NCBI GenBank assembly: GCA_965235115.1
Contig: OZ249445.1
Coordinates: 8,060,001-8,124,000 of the forward strand
Direction of reading: 5' to 3'
Length of the DNA stretch: 64,000 bases
Source of the DNA: Laetmonice hystrix
Taxonomy: Eukaryota
In this document: piece after piece, positions 1 through 13,300 of the stretch
How positions within the stretch are numbered: position 1 is the stretch's first letter
Layout: every line of letters starts with the position of its first letter
Made by a program: the position numbers and the translations under genes
Notes under the pieces: model-generated
Seen by the model: the letters and a program-made list of their open reading frames with translations, nothing else
Told to the model about the DNA's origin: nothing
Databases searched by the model: none

Positions 1-2
1 CT

Positions 3-3000
3 GTGCGGGGCCGGGCAGGACGGCCGGGACTGCTTGAACCATACCATGACATCGCCGCCACCTTTTTCTCCGTGGGCTCGGGGGCTAACCAGGATACTCT
101 CTTCCTCACTGCAGCGAGGGTGAGTACATCCTGTGGATTTAATTAGTGTAATAGCCACTTGTTAGGATAAGGGCTGTACTGTTTTAAACATTTCACCCTG
201 GATGTACGGGGTACATACTGTATTAATTTGCACCATTACGGAAGATTAATCAAATTTGAGCATTGGTGCACCATAAGGGCAGATAATCATCATTTACATC
301 TATAAAACAAGAGTTGACTGTTCAAGCAAGAATCTATAAATGCACTACATTACCAAAATGAGAAGGGACTCAGTACTCTATATGAATAAGTAGGCCTACT
401 TTAATTGCTGAATTCCACCTCCTCTTTCCCCTGCTCTCCACTAGACAGATGTTTCCAAAGAGAAAATATTGCTTCCTATATTCAACGTGAGTTGTATGTG
501 TTGTTGACCTGGTAGGATGGGGACTATGAGAAGATTGATACCTTCCTGCGGCGTCGGAATGAATCTCTTATCAACATTGACGTTCGAGACAGAGTCACCG
601 GTAACACACCCCTGATCTGGGCCGCCAAACGAGGTCATGGCAAGGTCAGACACAACCACAATCAACCACCACACTCAGACCCAACCACAATCAACCATCA
701 TTCTCAGACCCAACCACAATCAACCATCATTCTCAGACACAATCACAATCAACCACCATTCTCAGACACAATCACAATCAACCACCATTCTCAGACCCAA
801 CTACAATCAACCATCATTCTCAGACCCAACCACAATCAACCCCCATTCTCAGACACAACCACAATCAACCCCCATTCTCAGACACAACCACAATCAACCC
901 CCATTCTCAGACCCAACCACAATCAACCCCCATTCTCAGACCCAACCACAATCAACCCCCATTCTCAGACCCAACCACAATCAACCACCATTCTCAGACC
1001 CAACCACAATCAACCATCATTCTCGGACACAACCACAATCAACCATCATTCTCAGACACAATCACAATCAACCACCATTCTCAGACCCAACCACAATCAA
1101 CCCCCATTCTCAGACCCAACCACAATCAACCCCCATTCTCAGACCCAACCACAATCAACCCCCATTCTCAGACACAACCACAATCAACCACCATTCTCAG
1201 ACACAACCACAATCAACCCCCACACTCAGACCCAACCGCAATCAACCATCATTCTCAGACACAACCACAATCAACCACCATTCTCAGACACAACCACAAT
1301 CAACCCCCATTCTCAGACCCAACCACAATAAACCCCCATTCTCGGACACAACCACAATCAACCATCATTCTCAGACCCAACTACAATCAACCCCCATTCT
1401 CAGACCCAACCACAATCAACCACCATTCTCAGACCCAACCACATTCAACCACCATTCTCAGACCCAACCACAATCAACCATCATTCTCAGACACAACCAC
1501 AATCAACCACCATTCTCAGACCCAACTACAATCAACCCCCATTCTCAGACCCAACCACAATCAACCCCCATTCTCAGACCCAACCACAATCAACCATCAT
1601 TCTCAGACCCAACCACAATCAACCACCATTCTCAGACACAACCACAATCAACCACCACACTTTCCCAAACGATACCATGTTGTTAAAAGAAATTAACAGG
1701 AGAAACGTCTTCAAGGCAGTCCATACAAAATGGCTGACTTAGTGTCTCTGGAGATGATGTTTTGAGTTAGAGTCATCAAATAAATATCTGTTAAGTGCAC
1801 GCCAACCTTCGCACTATCTTTTACTTAGATAGTTTGTTCAATTAACCTGTGTCAGATTGTACAACTGTTACTGCGACACGGTGCTGACATCACCCTGCGG
1901 AACTATGAGGGCCAGACGGCGGTGGAGGTGGCCTCCCCAGCCATCCGTACACAGCTACTTGAGTCAGTGGACAAAGGTGGACCTCACCGTAATCTACTCC
2001 AAGCCGCCTGGCAGGGGAACGCCAAACTCGTCCAGAAAATCCTGGTCAGTCAATGGATTGCTAATTTACTATAGGAAAACAAGTGTATGAGCCAACCCCG
2101 ACTGAATATAAGTCTAATATAGTCGAGGAGCATATACCTTATGTTGCTTTCATGGTATGCAATATGATATGGCTGTTTCAGATTTTGAAACTGATATAAG
2201 ATTTTCTATTTTTCATTTACGCAGGCTGAAAGTCGTGTGGACATCAACTGTCGAAATGCCGATGGACTTACAGCCTTACTGCTTGTCACAAGAGATGTTC
2301 AACTGTTTGAGAAACTGGGCAAACGGGTTGCCAGGGGTTACGACCCCAATCAGGTGGTGTCTGACCTGCTTGCCAACAGAGCGTAAGTAGTTCTGGCTGT
2401 TCACCTTTGCAGGCAGCTGGCTAGCTACTGTTGCCGGTATATGGCCTCATTATGACATTGTAACATGTTACACAGGTACAATTATACATTAATCCAAATA
2501 TACTGTATGTGACTGTACTTATAACCATAACATAGCACGACGTGATTCCCTCCGTAGTGACCCAAACGCTGAGGACGAGGAGGGTAGGACCCCGCTTCAC
2601 TATGTCTCCAGCAGCAAGGCTGCACCCAGCGGTCAGATCATCCGCATGCTCATCAATGATGGCTCAGACATAGGTACTACTCAACCATCAGGGATGTTTA
2701 ACCCTTTCCAAAGGCTCATATCGGGGGTACAACAGAAAGGGCATGTCTTCATATTCCTGAAAATTAGGAGGCACCTGCCTCAGAGTTCCTACAGGAAGAC
2801 AGATATCTCTCCTGGCTACTCTCAAAGAGAACTTTGGCAAATAGTGTACCTTAAATATATCTAGCTGTCCCCCCCCCTGTTTCTAAGTCCTGATAACAGT
2901 AATTTCTGTCTACATGAGGAACGTATCAATTTTCTCACGTTCCGAACTGACTGGTTTCAGAGTCCCGGGACCGACGTTGTTTCACACCTATTCACTGTGC

Positions 3001-6000
3001 GTCTCAGAGTGGTAACGTTGATGTGGTTGTCGCCCTCCTTGATGGTGGCTCGGATGCTAACGCCAGGGGATATGCTGGTACCACACCCCTACACATATCG
3101 GTTAGTTCTTGCCAACCCTCTCTCCATCCACTTTATTTATGTGCAGATCAGGGTTATCTCTTCTCAACAAGTAGACTCTCACTCACATTGATAAACACTA
3201 TAAAGGTATTATTTGCTGACTTGCTCCTTGTCTGGTCTGTTAACTCTCAGGCTATCAACGGTCACGATGCGGTAGTCAGTAAATTGTTGGAGCGGGGAGC
3301 AGATGTTACTTCTGTTGACGATAGTGGACTTACCCCCGTGGATGTTGCCAAAACTAAAAAGGTCAAAGCTTCCTTGAAACAAGCCTGGTCTGAGGCTACT
3401 CAAGGTCGTGCCAAGGACAACCTGGGACCTGTCCGATGTCCAAGTACTTCAAGTAGGCGTTCATTTGATGGAACTATCCCCGTTTCCGGGACAAAGAGCC
3501 CTAAGAAGGGTGGCCAAGTCATATTTGATGTAAGTACTATCCTCCGAAAGGAATTTTGTAATTTTTTGGTCTAAAGATTTAATTTTGAAAACGTATGATG
3601 GCTATTTCACGCTTAGGATATAGCTGATAACTACTAAAGTGGTGATTGTGTGATCCCATTTGTTTCCATTTATGACATAAAGGCCTTATGCATGTTGTAC
3701 TGTGCAATTGGGCCTAATATATAAATTTGTAGTCTGGAACTACACTACCGCCACCTACTGGTAGTCTCCAACTGGTTCTAGTAGGGCCGGGCATTCATTT
3801 AGGCTACCGGATATATGTCTTATTATGAACATCTGAACAGACTGTTGACGTCTGTGGAAGTAACTCTTCTGTTCCATTCCTATACATAATACTCCAAACG
3901 TCCCCGTAGTGGCTTAATTGAAGGTCAGGAACGTAACTTTGCGATGATTATTGGCAACATCGTAAAGTTATTGTGAGATAGCTACTCTTTAAGAAATCAC
4001 CCTCATCAATAAGCTATATTTCAAACTGTCATAAGCTTCGTAATCATTGTTTTACCCTCCAGGGTGCTTCTCTTATGGTAGGAAAAGTATGTATGGATTT
4101 TGAAATTCCGCATGCTTTAGAGCGAAAAGGCAATTCACAGAGCAAAAAGCATCACACAAATCATTTGTTTGAATGATCTTTGCACACTGTGGAGACTCTG
4201 AGCAACGTACGTACGACTTAATATGTCGTATGTACGAGTTAGTAAGTTGTACGTACAAGATAGTATGTTGTATGTACGACCTAGTACATATATATTTTTC
4301 GTCATGGCCCTAATACAGCTTCATACAAACCAGATGTATTCAATCACAAGTATTCACACTGCAAGTTCAGAGGTAGATTGGAGGGGTGAGGGATGGGGGT
4401 TTGACCCCAATCTGGCACTTCATTCAAGTGTAAAATATAGGAGAAAACATTAAATTATTTAGCAAAACAATGAGACAAAATAGAGTTAGCCAGTTTGTCT
4501 TGATAAATCGGGCTCTATCTACCTCTGACTATACACACAGAAAGACAATGGTGGCCGTATACATTCGTAGGTGACATTTTGTTCACAAATCATTGTAAAC
4601 CAACTTTCACTTGGTGACGACAATGCATGAACTAGTGCATAGAAAGCACTGACCAGTATGTTCAGTTTTACAGCATTCTTCACATCCAAAATTGATAAGG
4701 AAATAAAAATAGTACGGCTTACCTGATCGTCCTAATTGGATGTACTGTACCTCGTCTGACTACCTGCCAATGGAAAATCAAAGATCTAAAATATTTTGGA
4801 TTGAATATCACCTAGTGGAATACAATCGATATCATAATGATAAGAAAAATTTGGTGAAGTCAATCAAACTTGACTTCTCATAGAGCTACAACACTTGGAT
4901 TTGACAGTTTGACAAGAGCAGACTTTCTTTCAATAGCAGACTAACGTGTCAGTAATTCGCCTGGTAGTCTAAGTCCGTTTGAAATGGTACAAAGCTAACC
5001 TAAAGTACGCACAGTGTATGTGGTCGATAACTGTGTGAGTGTGTTACATGTTACCAACATTAACATGACAACAAGCCTGCCCATCCCATATCAAGGTGTT
5101 ACAATCAATCGTTGGTCAGTCAGTCATCGTGTCTCACACTTCACAGCTCCTTACGTACACGTTAAACGAGAGCACTTGCTGAAGGTTGAACTGTTAACAA
5201 CACATCGCAGGCGTACACACGTCATACTGACATTACTAACTCCCATTGACAATCTAGTACAAAATATAATGTTGTGGTGACAGAAATGTCCTTACCCCAG
5301 GACGGCAGAGGTTGTTTTACCGACCTCGTAATCTGATAGACTAACATTATAATGGACATACATGTATATGGATCTACCATACTCTTGCAGACTCTTCCAA
5401 GCACCTCGTCAAGTAGTTTAGATGCACTAACGCCAAGACGTAAGTACTGTCTCTATGTTCTGTCAGAACTTGCCACAGCTTTCATATAAAAAAGAAGAAA
5501 GATTTATTTTAAAATGATTCACAAATCAGATTCCTCCCTATATAAGTTTTTAATACCTTTTGGTTATTCTGGTATGTTTTTGGTACTTTCGTTCATTTCT
5601 TATATATAATATTTTCATTTTTTTTACGCACAGCTTTTAGGCTTAGGTTCAAGCTTAAAGCGAAGATAACAGGTGGCACTGCCGTAGCTCTAGGTGGCAA
5701 CACTCGTCATGGTAGTATGAGCCACATTTATACAAGATGTGTGTATATGTACAGAAGCTTGGCCAGATTCCATTTATGCACAATCATTAGGAATTACTCA
5801 ATCTTCTTGACCGATCACTCTTGAAATATTTGGATGACACTGGACAGAAAGAAAACACTTGAACAAACGTTATTGTTGACATTTCAAATTTCGATGGCTT
5901 GGTTAGCCCCTAGAATATTAGGTAATATCAAAGAACCCGAGGTTGTTTGGTAATATGGATGGAGATATTGTTTGAAGCATATCATACTAATAGCTGAAGA

Positions 6001-7304
6001 TGTGGAAATGATCACAGCAAATGTCGTAACACGCCCGGGAGGCTGTTGGGCAGATATGAATGATAATCTATATGGATGTCATTCAGCTAGATAGAAGACA
6101 GAAACTCTTTTTATTACATAACGCGACTTCCGAGTTTCCTTATAAAATGTCGTTTGGAAAGAAAATATCCTTCCTTTGTTGACTAAAGCCAGCATTCATA
6201 AGCTATTCATCATCATCTCAATATTCTGATCAGCAGAATCTCTGTGCTCGTTTTCACATCATCCACTACAGTGGTCCTAAAACAATCGAACAGCGCAATC
6301 TTCATGGATTGGTTGACATAAGCCAACCAAACCGTCTGGGAATTATTGAATTAGGACCACGTCTGCGCTTGTTTGCCGCTTCCTTTCAATGGTTGATAAG
6401 ATTACAGCAGACCTTCCCTCAGTTCAGGCGAAACCACCCTCATCTCATGCGACACCATTTTTAACCAGAACAGTTATTTTTCGTTCTCTTGCCTCTTATT
6501 TGTATGCCTATCTTAAAATTCTTCCGCTAATTTAAATTGTCGGAGAGGTCTTACAGTTCAAGAAATGATGTCGTGCTATCTTAGAAATTACATATAATAT
6601 TATTTCAGGTTCGCTGAAGATTGTCAACGCCATACGAAAACGTAATACTATCAATTAATTTTCACCCCCTGAGTCATTCTCCTAAGTTTAATTTATTTTC
6701 ACACACAAAAAAAACTTTTATTTCAATTTTTGAATATACAATGTAGTTACTACGGTACTCTGCCCTGCTGTGGATTAAAATGGTTGAAAAAAAAGCGTAT
6801 GTAATTAATAGCAGCTGTAGCTTGGAATACATTAAGTTCTTAAGTTCTTTGGTTATTCACATGTGCTGCTGTGTCTTAGTTGACTAAAGCCTACTAAGGG
6901 ACACACGAATGGCAATATTGCTCACTTGAATATTGAATAGGTTAAAGCAACATGTTTTATACTGTGAAGAATAATAAATGATAGGCTGGCTAGTTTTCCT
7001 CCAGGTTATTTTCACAGGTGTACACTACACATTTCTGATGTAAGATGTCTTCATATAGTTCTCATCATAATGTGTAGGAACACTGACGGTGTGGCCTACC
7101 TTGTTATAGATAAAACACATATAGTGGTAGCCTGGGAGTTATAGCGTGGTACCTCGTATACTCACCATGTCAGTCACCCCTTTCCCCAAACACGTTCCCA
7201 GCTTCCGGCTGACTAAGGGACTACGTCTCAATTAACACACCATTATTATCGTCGCATATCTCACCTTGTTGGGATGGGGAATGTAAAATTGGTTTAGAGC
7301 CTAT

Positions 7305-7335
<31 letters not shown>

Positions 7336-10300
7336 TCAGTATGACATCATGTTAGGTTACAACTTTTCGCAATATCAATGTGGAAAACGCGGTAATGTTT
7401 TTGATGACAAGAGATCTTGTACAGTTATTTAAAGTATACAAAGTTGTGTCTTTATTACATAAAATAAGTCGTTCAAGAATAAAAATCGGCACAGCCCGTA
7501 GGACTGGCAGTTTTACTGGTTTTATTTCAGCTCTTATCTACACACTAGCAGCGCTTCAATGAAAGATATATTGAAACAATTTACCAAGCTGAATGGACTT
7601 AATTGTCCTTAAACATGCCACCCCCATACTACTTCAGAGAAATATCAACTTGAGGTGAAGTGAGGCTATTCATGTTTTTGCCGCCAGGGGCCGCAGTGAG
7701 CATGCTCCAGCGCCAGTTGACACACGCTGAGAAGGCGCGGAGAGCCGAGGAACAGATAAAACGGGAGATCACCAGTGCTGCCACCTGGTGAGACTTCTAA
7801 CAACTACTGGTTCCCTTCATTGCACTTGATAGGACACCATGGGGTACCCCGGACTGACAGGCAAAGGAGGGGCAAGGTGCAATGGGGGTGTTGTTAAAAT
7901 CTGTACCTAGAAAGGCCATTTTATATCTATGATAAGCATACTCTTGAATAATCACTGAATTCAGTTAACCTTCTCAGGCATTTTTGAATTTTGGAGTCTT
8001 TTTTGATTCCCAGAGAAATAGATAGGGCGATGAGATGGAAAAAAGGTGGCTCTCAACTGTTCTTTTTACCTATGATTTTTATATTTGAAGTGCCCGAGGT
8101 CGAACTGCGAGCACGACCCCGCGGTATGTGACGGGGCGGAGGTTGTCACCCCTACGGAACCCCAGCCCACACAAAACTGGTCTTAGGGAGATAAAGGGAA
8201 CTGTGGGAACCAGATCCCAGGACAACAGGGCCGGCTCGGCAGGCACCAGGAGGGGTGAGTATTTTTGTTTATATTCTACCCCCCTGACTTGGATTTATTT
8301 TTCATGCAGTCCTGGGTAGAGGTCAAGCTCATAAAATACAAATATTTAGAGCCCTATATATTTTCATTAATCAAATCCCCAAATAAGAGCAGCTATACTA
8401 TTTTCTTGAACAGGTCCTTCTGTGTGTTTTACTGCTCGGTTTATTTGCCATTACCTAGAAACTCGCAGAAACTAACTCCCAAGGCTGGTCATTGTATTCC
8501 AGGTGTGGCGTCCTCGACCCCGGTCAGTGGGGCGCGGGACTCACAGGTCCCGCTTACCATCCTGGGCCTGGACCTGGACGACAACCTGCACCAAGTCAGG
8601 TAGGTGGACGTTAACTGGGGCGGGGGGGGGGGGGTAGCAGGTATCACCTGGTAACCCGACACCCCCTCCTACTGTAAGGTGACGTCATCACACCCCTGTG
8701 GTGATCGTGGGTAGGGGTTATACTGACCCCTGAGAGCAGCATGCCTAGGCACGCCGGTCGCCCAGCCATTGTGAATTTATGAATATTAAATACACAGGGG
8801 TTCCCACAGGGAATTAGTGTTGATAATCATGTATAGGCGGACTGGCCATCTGTCGGCCTAACACAGCGGTCAGACACACCATTAAAGTCCGTGCTCTAGT
8901 GGAGGAGTGTGGTCCTTTACCTGCTGCCCAGGTTAGGATAGGGCTGGTATCATTGGTACAAGGTTTTGAAACTACTAAGCAAAATTTTTCATAGAATTTG
9001 CATCAAACTTCACTTTGGGAAGTTCGTTTAATTTAAAAAGTTGCTTACATATTACATATTGTACGAGGATTATCAAGGATTTCTGATATCGTACAAACTG
9101 GTGGGGTTCCAGGGTGAAGAGGATAGCCAAAGGTCCCGTTGGCCAACTACTTTCCAAAAAGGGCCAGTTTTGTCGAAGTTTTTCATCGGAGTCAGCAGCA
9201 GAGCAAGATGACCTTTACCTTAAAGGTAGGCAGAGTACTCTTGTCTTAAATATTCATATTGTCTCTAGATTTGTATAAGTAGGGTTATCCGTTTCTTCCA
9301 CTTGCACCTTCAATAGTTGTCTTGGATTACTTTGGTTATTACATGTTACCACGTTTTAATTTTCATTGTAAGGCTCTCAGAATTACAATGTTGCAATTTA
9401 GAATTACAATTTGAATAACAATTTGATGACTAAAACTAACCGAGTTTGACACTGCGCCAATGCCCACAGCGATGTCGTCAGGCAAGGCCTCTATGACGAC
9501 CCTGAACGATGATTGGGAGGACGTGTCCATCCTATCCACCTCCCCACCCCGCCTGACCCCACTCCGGACACCGTCCGCCACCTCCGACAGACGACTGCAG
9601 ACTATCAGTGAGGTCAGCGGCTCCCAACGGGCACCCTACATCCTAGACCTAGGTACTTCATCTCATCTCTCTCTTCTGTATACTCGGTATTTCTATTATA
9701 TATCAGTTGAAATTGTTAATACAATATCTCCCTAATAAAACAGATTACACGTGTATATTCCCTAGTAAGTCCAGCATGGGGTTTGTATTTGCACACTGGA
9801 ACCCTAACAGTGATGTTAGCAATGATCATTGTGAGATATGATTTCCCGCCACAGACCAGATGCAGCTGGGCCAGCCGCAGCAATCGCCAGCGTTTGGAGA
9901 GGGTGTGACCTACCAACACCCGTACTCAAACCTTCTCCTGCCTCCGACCCCCGTCTACATGACCAACGGCGAGTACCTGTACCCCCAACAGGACGTTCAC
10001 GTCACAGACCTCCAACACTACGACCTGTCAGCCAGCTCAAAGGTCAGTCAGTACACTCCCGAACACATTTAACACAAGACAGTGGCAGATATAGATTTAA
10101 AGGAATCTTAAAGAGAGAGAAAACAAGATGTGCCATAGCTAAAGTAAGATGTAATCGGATTTCTGCTACGGAGCCTCAGCATGGTTTGCCAAGTCAGCAG
10201 ATCAAATGCTTCCACCGATATCTTACAGAAATTGTTTTCTTTTAGGAAACCTCCCCACGGTCTGATGAAGACATTGAGGGTGAAGAGAAGAATGTAGCAG

Positions 10301-13300
10301 AGGAGGACAGAAAGAAGGGGTCCCAGTGTGGGGAGGTTCAGCTAGCGGTGACTAACGTCCAGGATTTGGTGCGGAGTAAAAGTGTCCTCAATCAGGGTAA
10401 CTTTAACATCGAGACGACCAGGGTGCGACATTCGGACGACAGTGGGTGCCCGGAGGAAATCTCCGGCTCTAATAGGAGCAGCTTTACCTCCTCCAGTAAC
10501 TCTTCCCCGGATAGTGACCAGCACGGCAAGCAGGAGCACTCCAGGCCTGGTGATAAAAAAACAATATCTCCCTCCGGCGTTAGGAAGAGACAACAGGACA
10601 ATAGTGGGACAATGAAAGAAGCTGTCCCAGAGGCTAAAACTGTTGGAGCAAAGCAGGTGGAGACTAAAAGTGGGACTCCAAATAAGACATCACGGAACGG
10701 CACCACCAAACTACAGCAGGTGGCAAGAGACAATGCTGCCCAGCAGAATAAAACACGGAATTTACAACCCACACAACAGGTCTCACAACAAGTACCAAGA
10801 CCATTTCAGAGTCAACCGCAGAATCCGAGCCAGGGAAAAAAGAATTCACCATTAAAAAACCAAGTAACTGTGCACTCGCCCGCCTTAAAAGAAACCATGA
10901 CAACTGTAGATTCTTCTCAGGATATCAACTCACATGATGCAAGCACTTCATCAAACCTAAATACATGTATTTCTGAAACTAGTCAAGCTGTCGTACCAGG
11001 TTTAGGGACAAAATCCGCTGCTGAGCCTGCTAAGGTTCAGGTTAAAGTGACTGTACAACACACTGCAAGGTCTTCTACCTCATCCAGACCAAATCATGAG
11101 GCACAAACTGTGAAACAAGCAGCACCAGCTTCAGGTGTACAAATTCTCCATAAAACTACTCAGGAAAATTCACCAAACACGTCTAGCCCTCAGAATTCAT
11201 CAAAAGCCTCAGCAACTCAGAGTCAAACAAACACTCGCCAGACTTTGGTTGATAAAAAGGCCATGCCAAATAATTTCCCTGGTGATCACCAGAGGGAGCC
11301 ATCACCTGGCCACCCTCCGTCAACTGAACCTTCCATGAAAGATTCCGAGTCGTCAGGCTCCCGAATTCCTCCTCCACGACCCGCGGCCCCTCCACGGTCC
11401 CGCACGCCATCAGCTTCCAGCCTCTCTAGCACTGGTTCCTCCACTAAGGATGCTCCACAACGGCCTCCTCCACCAAACAAAGGTAAATCACCACTCAGCA
11501 AGTCAACCAGCTCTCCCGGCAGCAGCCCAACTAGCAACAAGTCGGGAGGACCCTTGTCCCGGACAAACAGCACACCATCACCTCACACCAAGGGGATCAA
11601 GTCAAAAACGGTTTCAGAAACCACAACCTTCAGGCTATCAACCTATCTCGCTCAGAAGGAAGCAATGGTGGGTAAAGCAGAGTCGGAAATCGGGAAAAAT
11701 GAGAAGCCGTTTCATAAAGAAGGGAGATCTACGGAGTTCGCCACCTCAGAGGCTGTTGCTGCAGGTCAGCCACAGAAAACCCCAGCAATCATTCTCACCA
11801 GCCAAAGCCAGACCCATTTCCACCTCACGGAGGCACAGGAGCCAAAGAACATAGATGAAAACCCAAAAGACAGGAGAACTGAGGAAGTTGTTACAGAGAA
11901 GCCACAAGTGAAGCAAATACAAGTGAAGGAACATATGAGTCCCGTCAACAGTGCGGCCCTTGCCAAAGAAAAGGGAGAGAGTCCGGGCTGGAAATCTCAT
12001 CCCACAAAATTTGTAGAAGCTACCTCCTTAGATGCGAAACCAAACCAGCCAGAATACAGTGGGCCCGTAATATGGGACCCCTTTGAGGCCCTTAGAGCTC
12101 AACAGAAACCACCTGAAAACGACAATGAGGAAAAATCTGGCAACTCACGAACCAAATCAGCCAGGACTAAAACACAGACTAAGAAAAAAACAATAGATCG
12201 TCAGTGGTCAGTTACAAGAGGGACTACAGGGTCGACATCAAAAACTAAAGACGGAAAACAAGCAAACAAAAAGGGTGCTCGAAGTCGAAGTCCTCGTCCA
12301 AAAAGCCCTCGATCGAAAAGTCCCAAAAGGGTCAAAATAAAGAAAGGGAAGAAGAAAGGTAAAAAGGAGGACCAGGTAGAGGTGCTGTTGTCCGAAAAGT
12401 CAGACCTTTCAAACGTTGCATTTATTGGAGGCCTTGGGTGGCAGATTGCGACGGAGTGCAATGAGCAGGATGACGTGAAACCCATCCGATTCCGTCCACC
12501 CATTTACCACTCATCTGACGATGACGACCCGACCCCAAGACCCAAGGTCCTGCCCAACTACCTCGATGACGATCCCACGCTTACAAAATTACTTCTCTCA
12601 GACAGACGTGAAAAGGGGCAGATGCCGCAGCTTCTGCAGCTTCCAGGCCAGTTGAATTTTGGCATGTCTGACACAACAGACTCTGAATCTGACATGGACG
12701 ATGTAGAGGAAATGGTCGATGAGGTGGTCTTTCCCCTGAGTACCTCCAATGATGACATCACCCCTCGGGTTGTGAACGGGACACTCGTCTCCCACCCAGA
12801 CAGCTTTATTCCCTCTCCGAAAGCAGTTCTCCATACAAGTACAGATCGGGTAAGTGGAGAAGAGGATGATATAGTTCCGGAGCAGGGAGAAGTTGTAAAA
12901 CAATCTCGCTCATCTTCCTCCAAGCATGAAGATCTCGGTGAAGCTATTGAGGAGAGTGGGCTGCCGGACCAGCCCGAGGATGAGTTGTCTGATGGGGAGC
13001 CACCACCATTACTTCCATATGATAAAAAGGGAATGATGAACGTCGCTTCATCCCACAACAGTGCCAAGTCGGCAGGTAAAACAGGAAAATCCCCCAAAGC
13101 AACCGCAGTAGTGTCACCAAAAGTCTCTCCCAGTACATCAACAAAAGCCACACCCAAGGCTACACCAAGCACTACACCTAAGACAACACCAGGGGGGTCG
13201 CCGGTGAAAACAAAGGGTTCCAGTTCCACCAGCCCGCCCCAGGCTCCTCCTCGGAGACAAAAGGCGGGAATAAAGGGACAACCCGTTAAAAAGACACTCG

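Noticed and set aside
645-1670. CRISPR-like array
   Set aside because: No unique spacers, no cas genes, eukaryotic context; it is a plain tandem repeat.
637-1686. 349-aa ORF as an independent mucin-like gene
   Set aside because: It is the translation of a stop-poor 29-bp intronic minisatellite, and its ATG lies inside an ankyrin exon in another frame.
7307-7335. Long poly-G run (others near 8623, 26618, 40973, 51986, 56337)
   Set aside because: Simple homopolymers, often MITE-associated and length-unreliable; no further structure.
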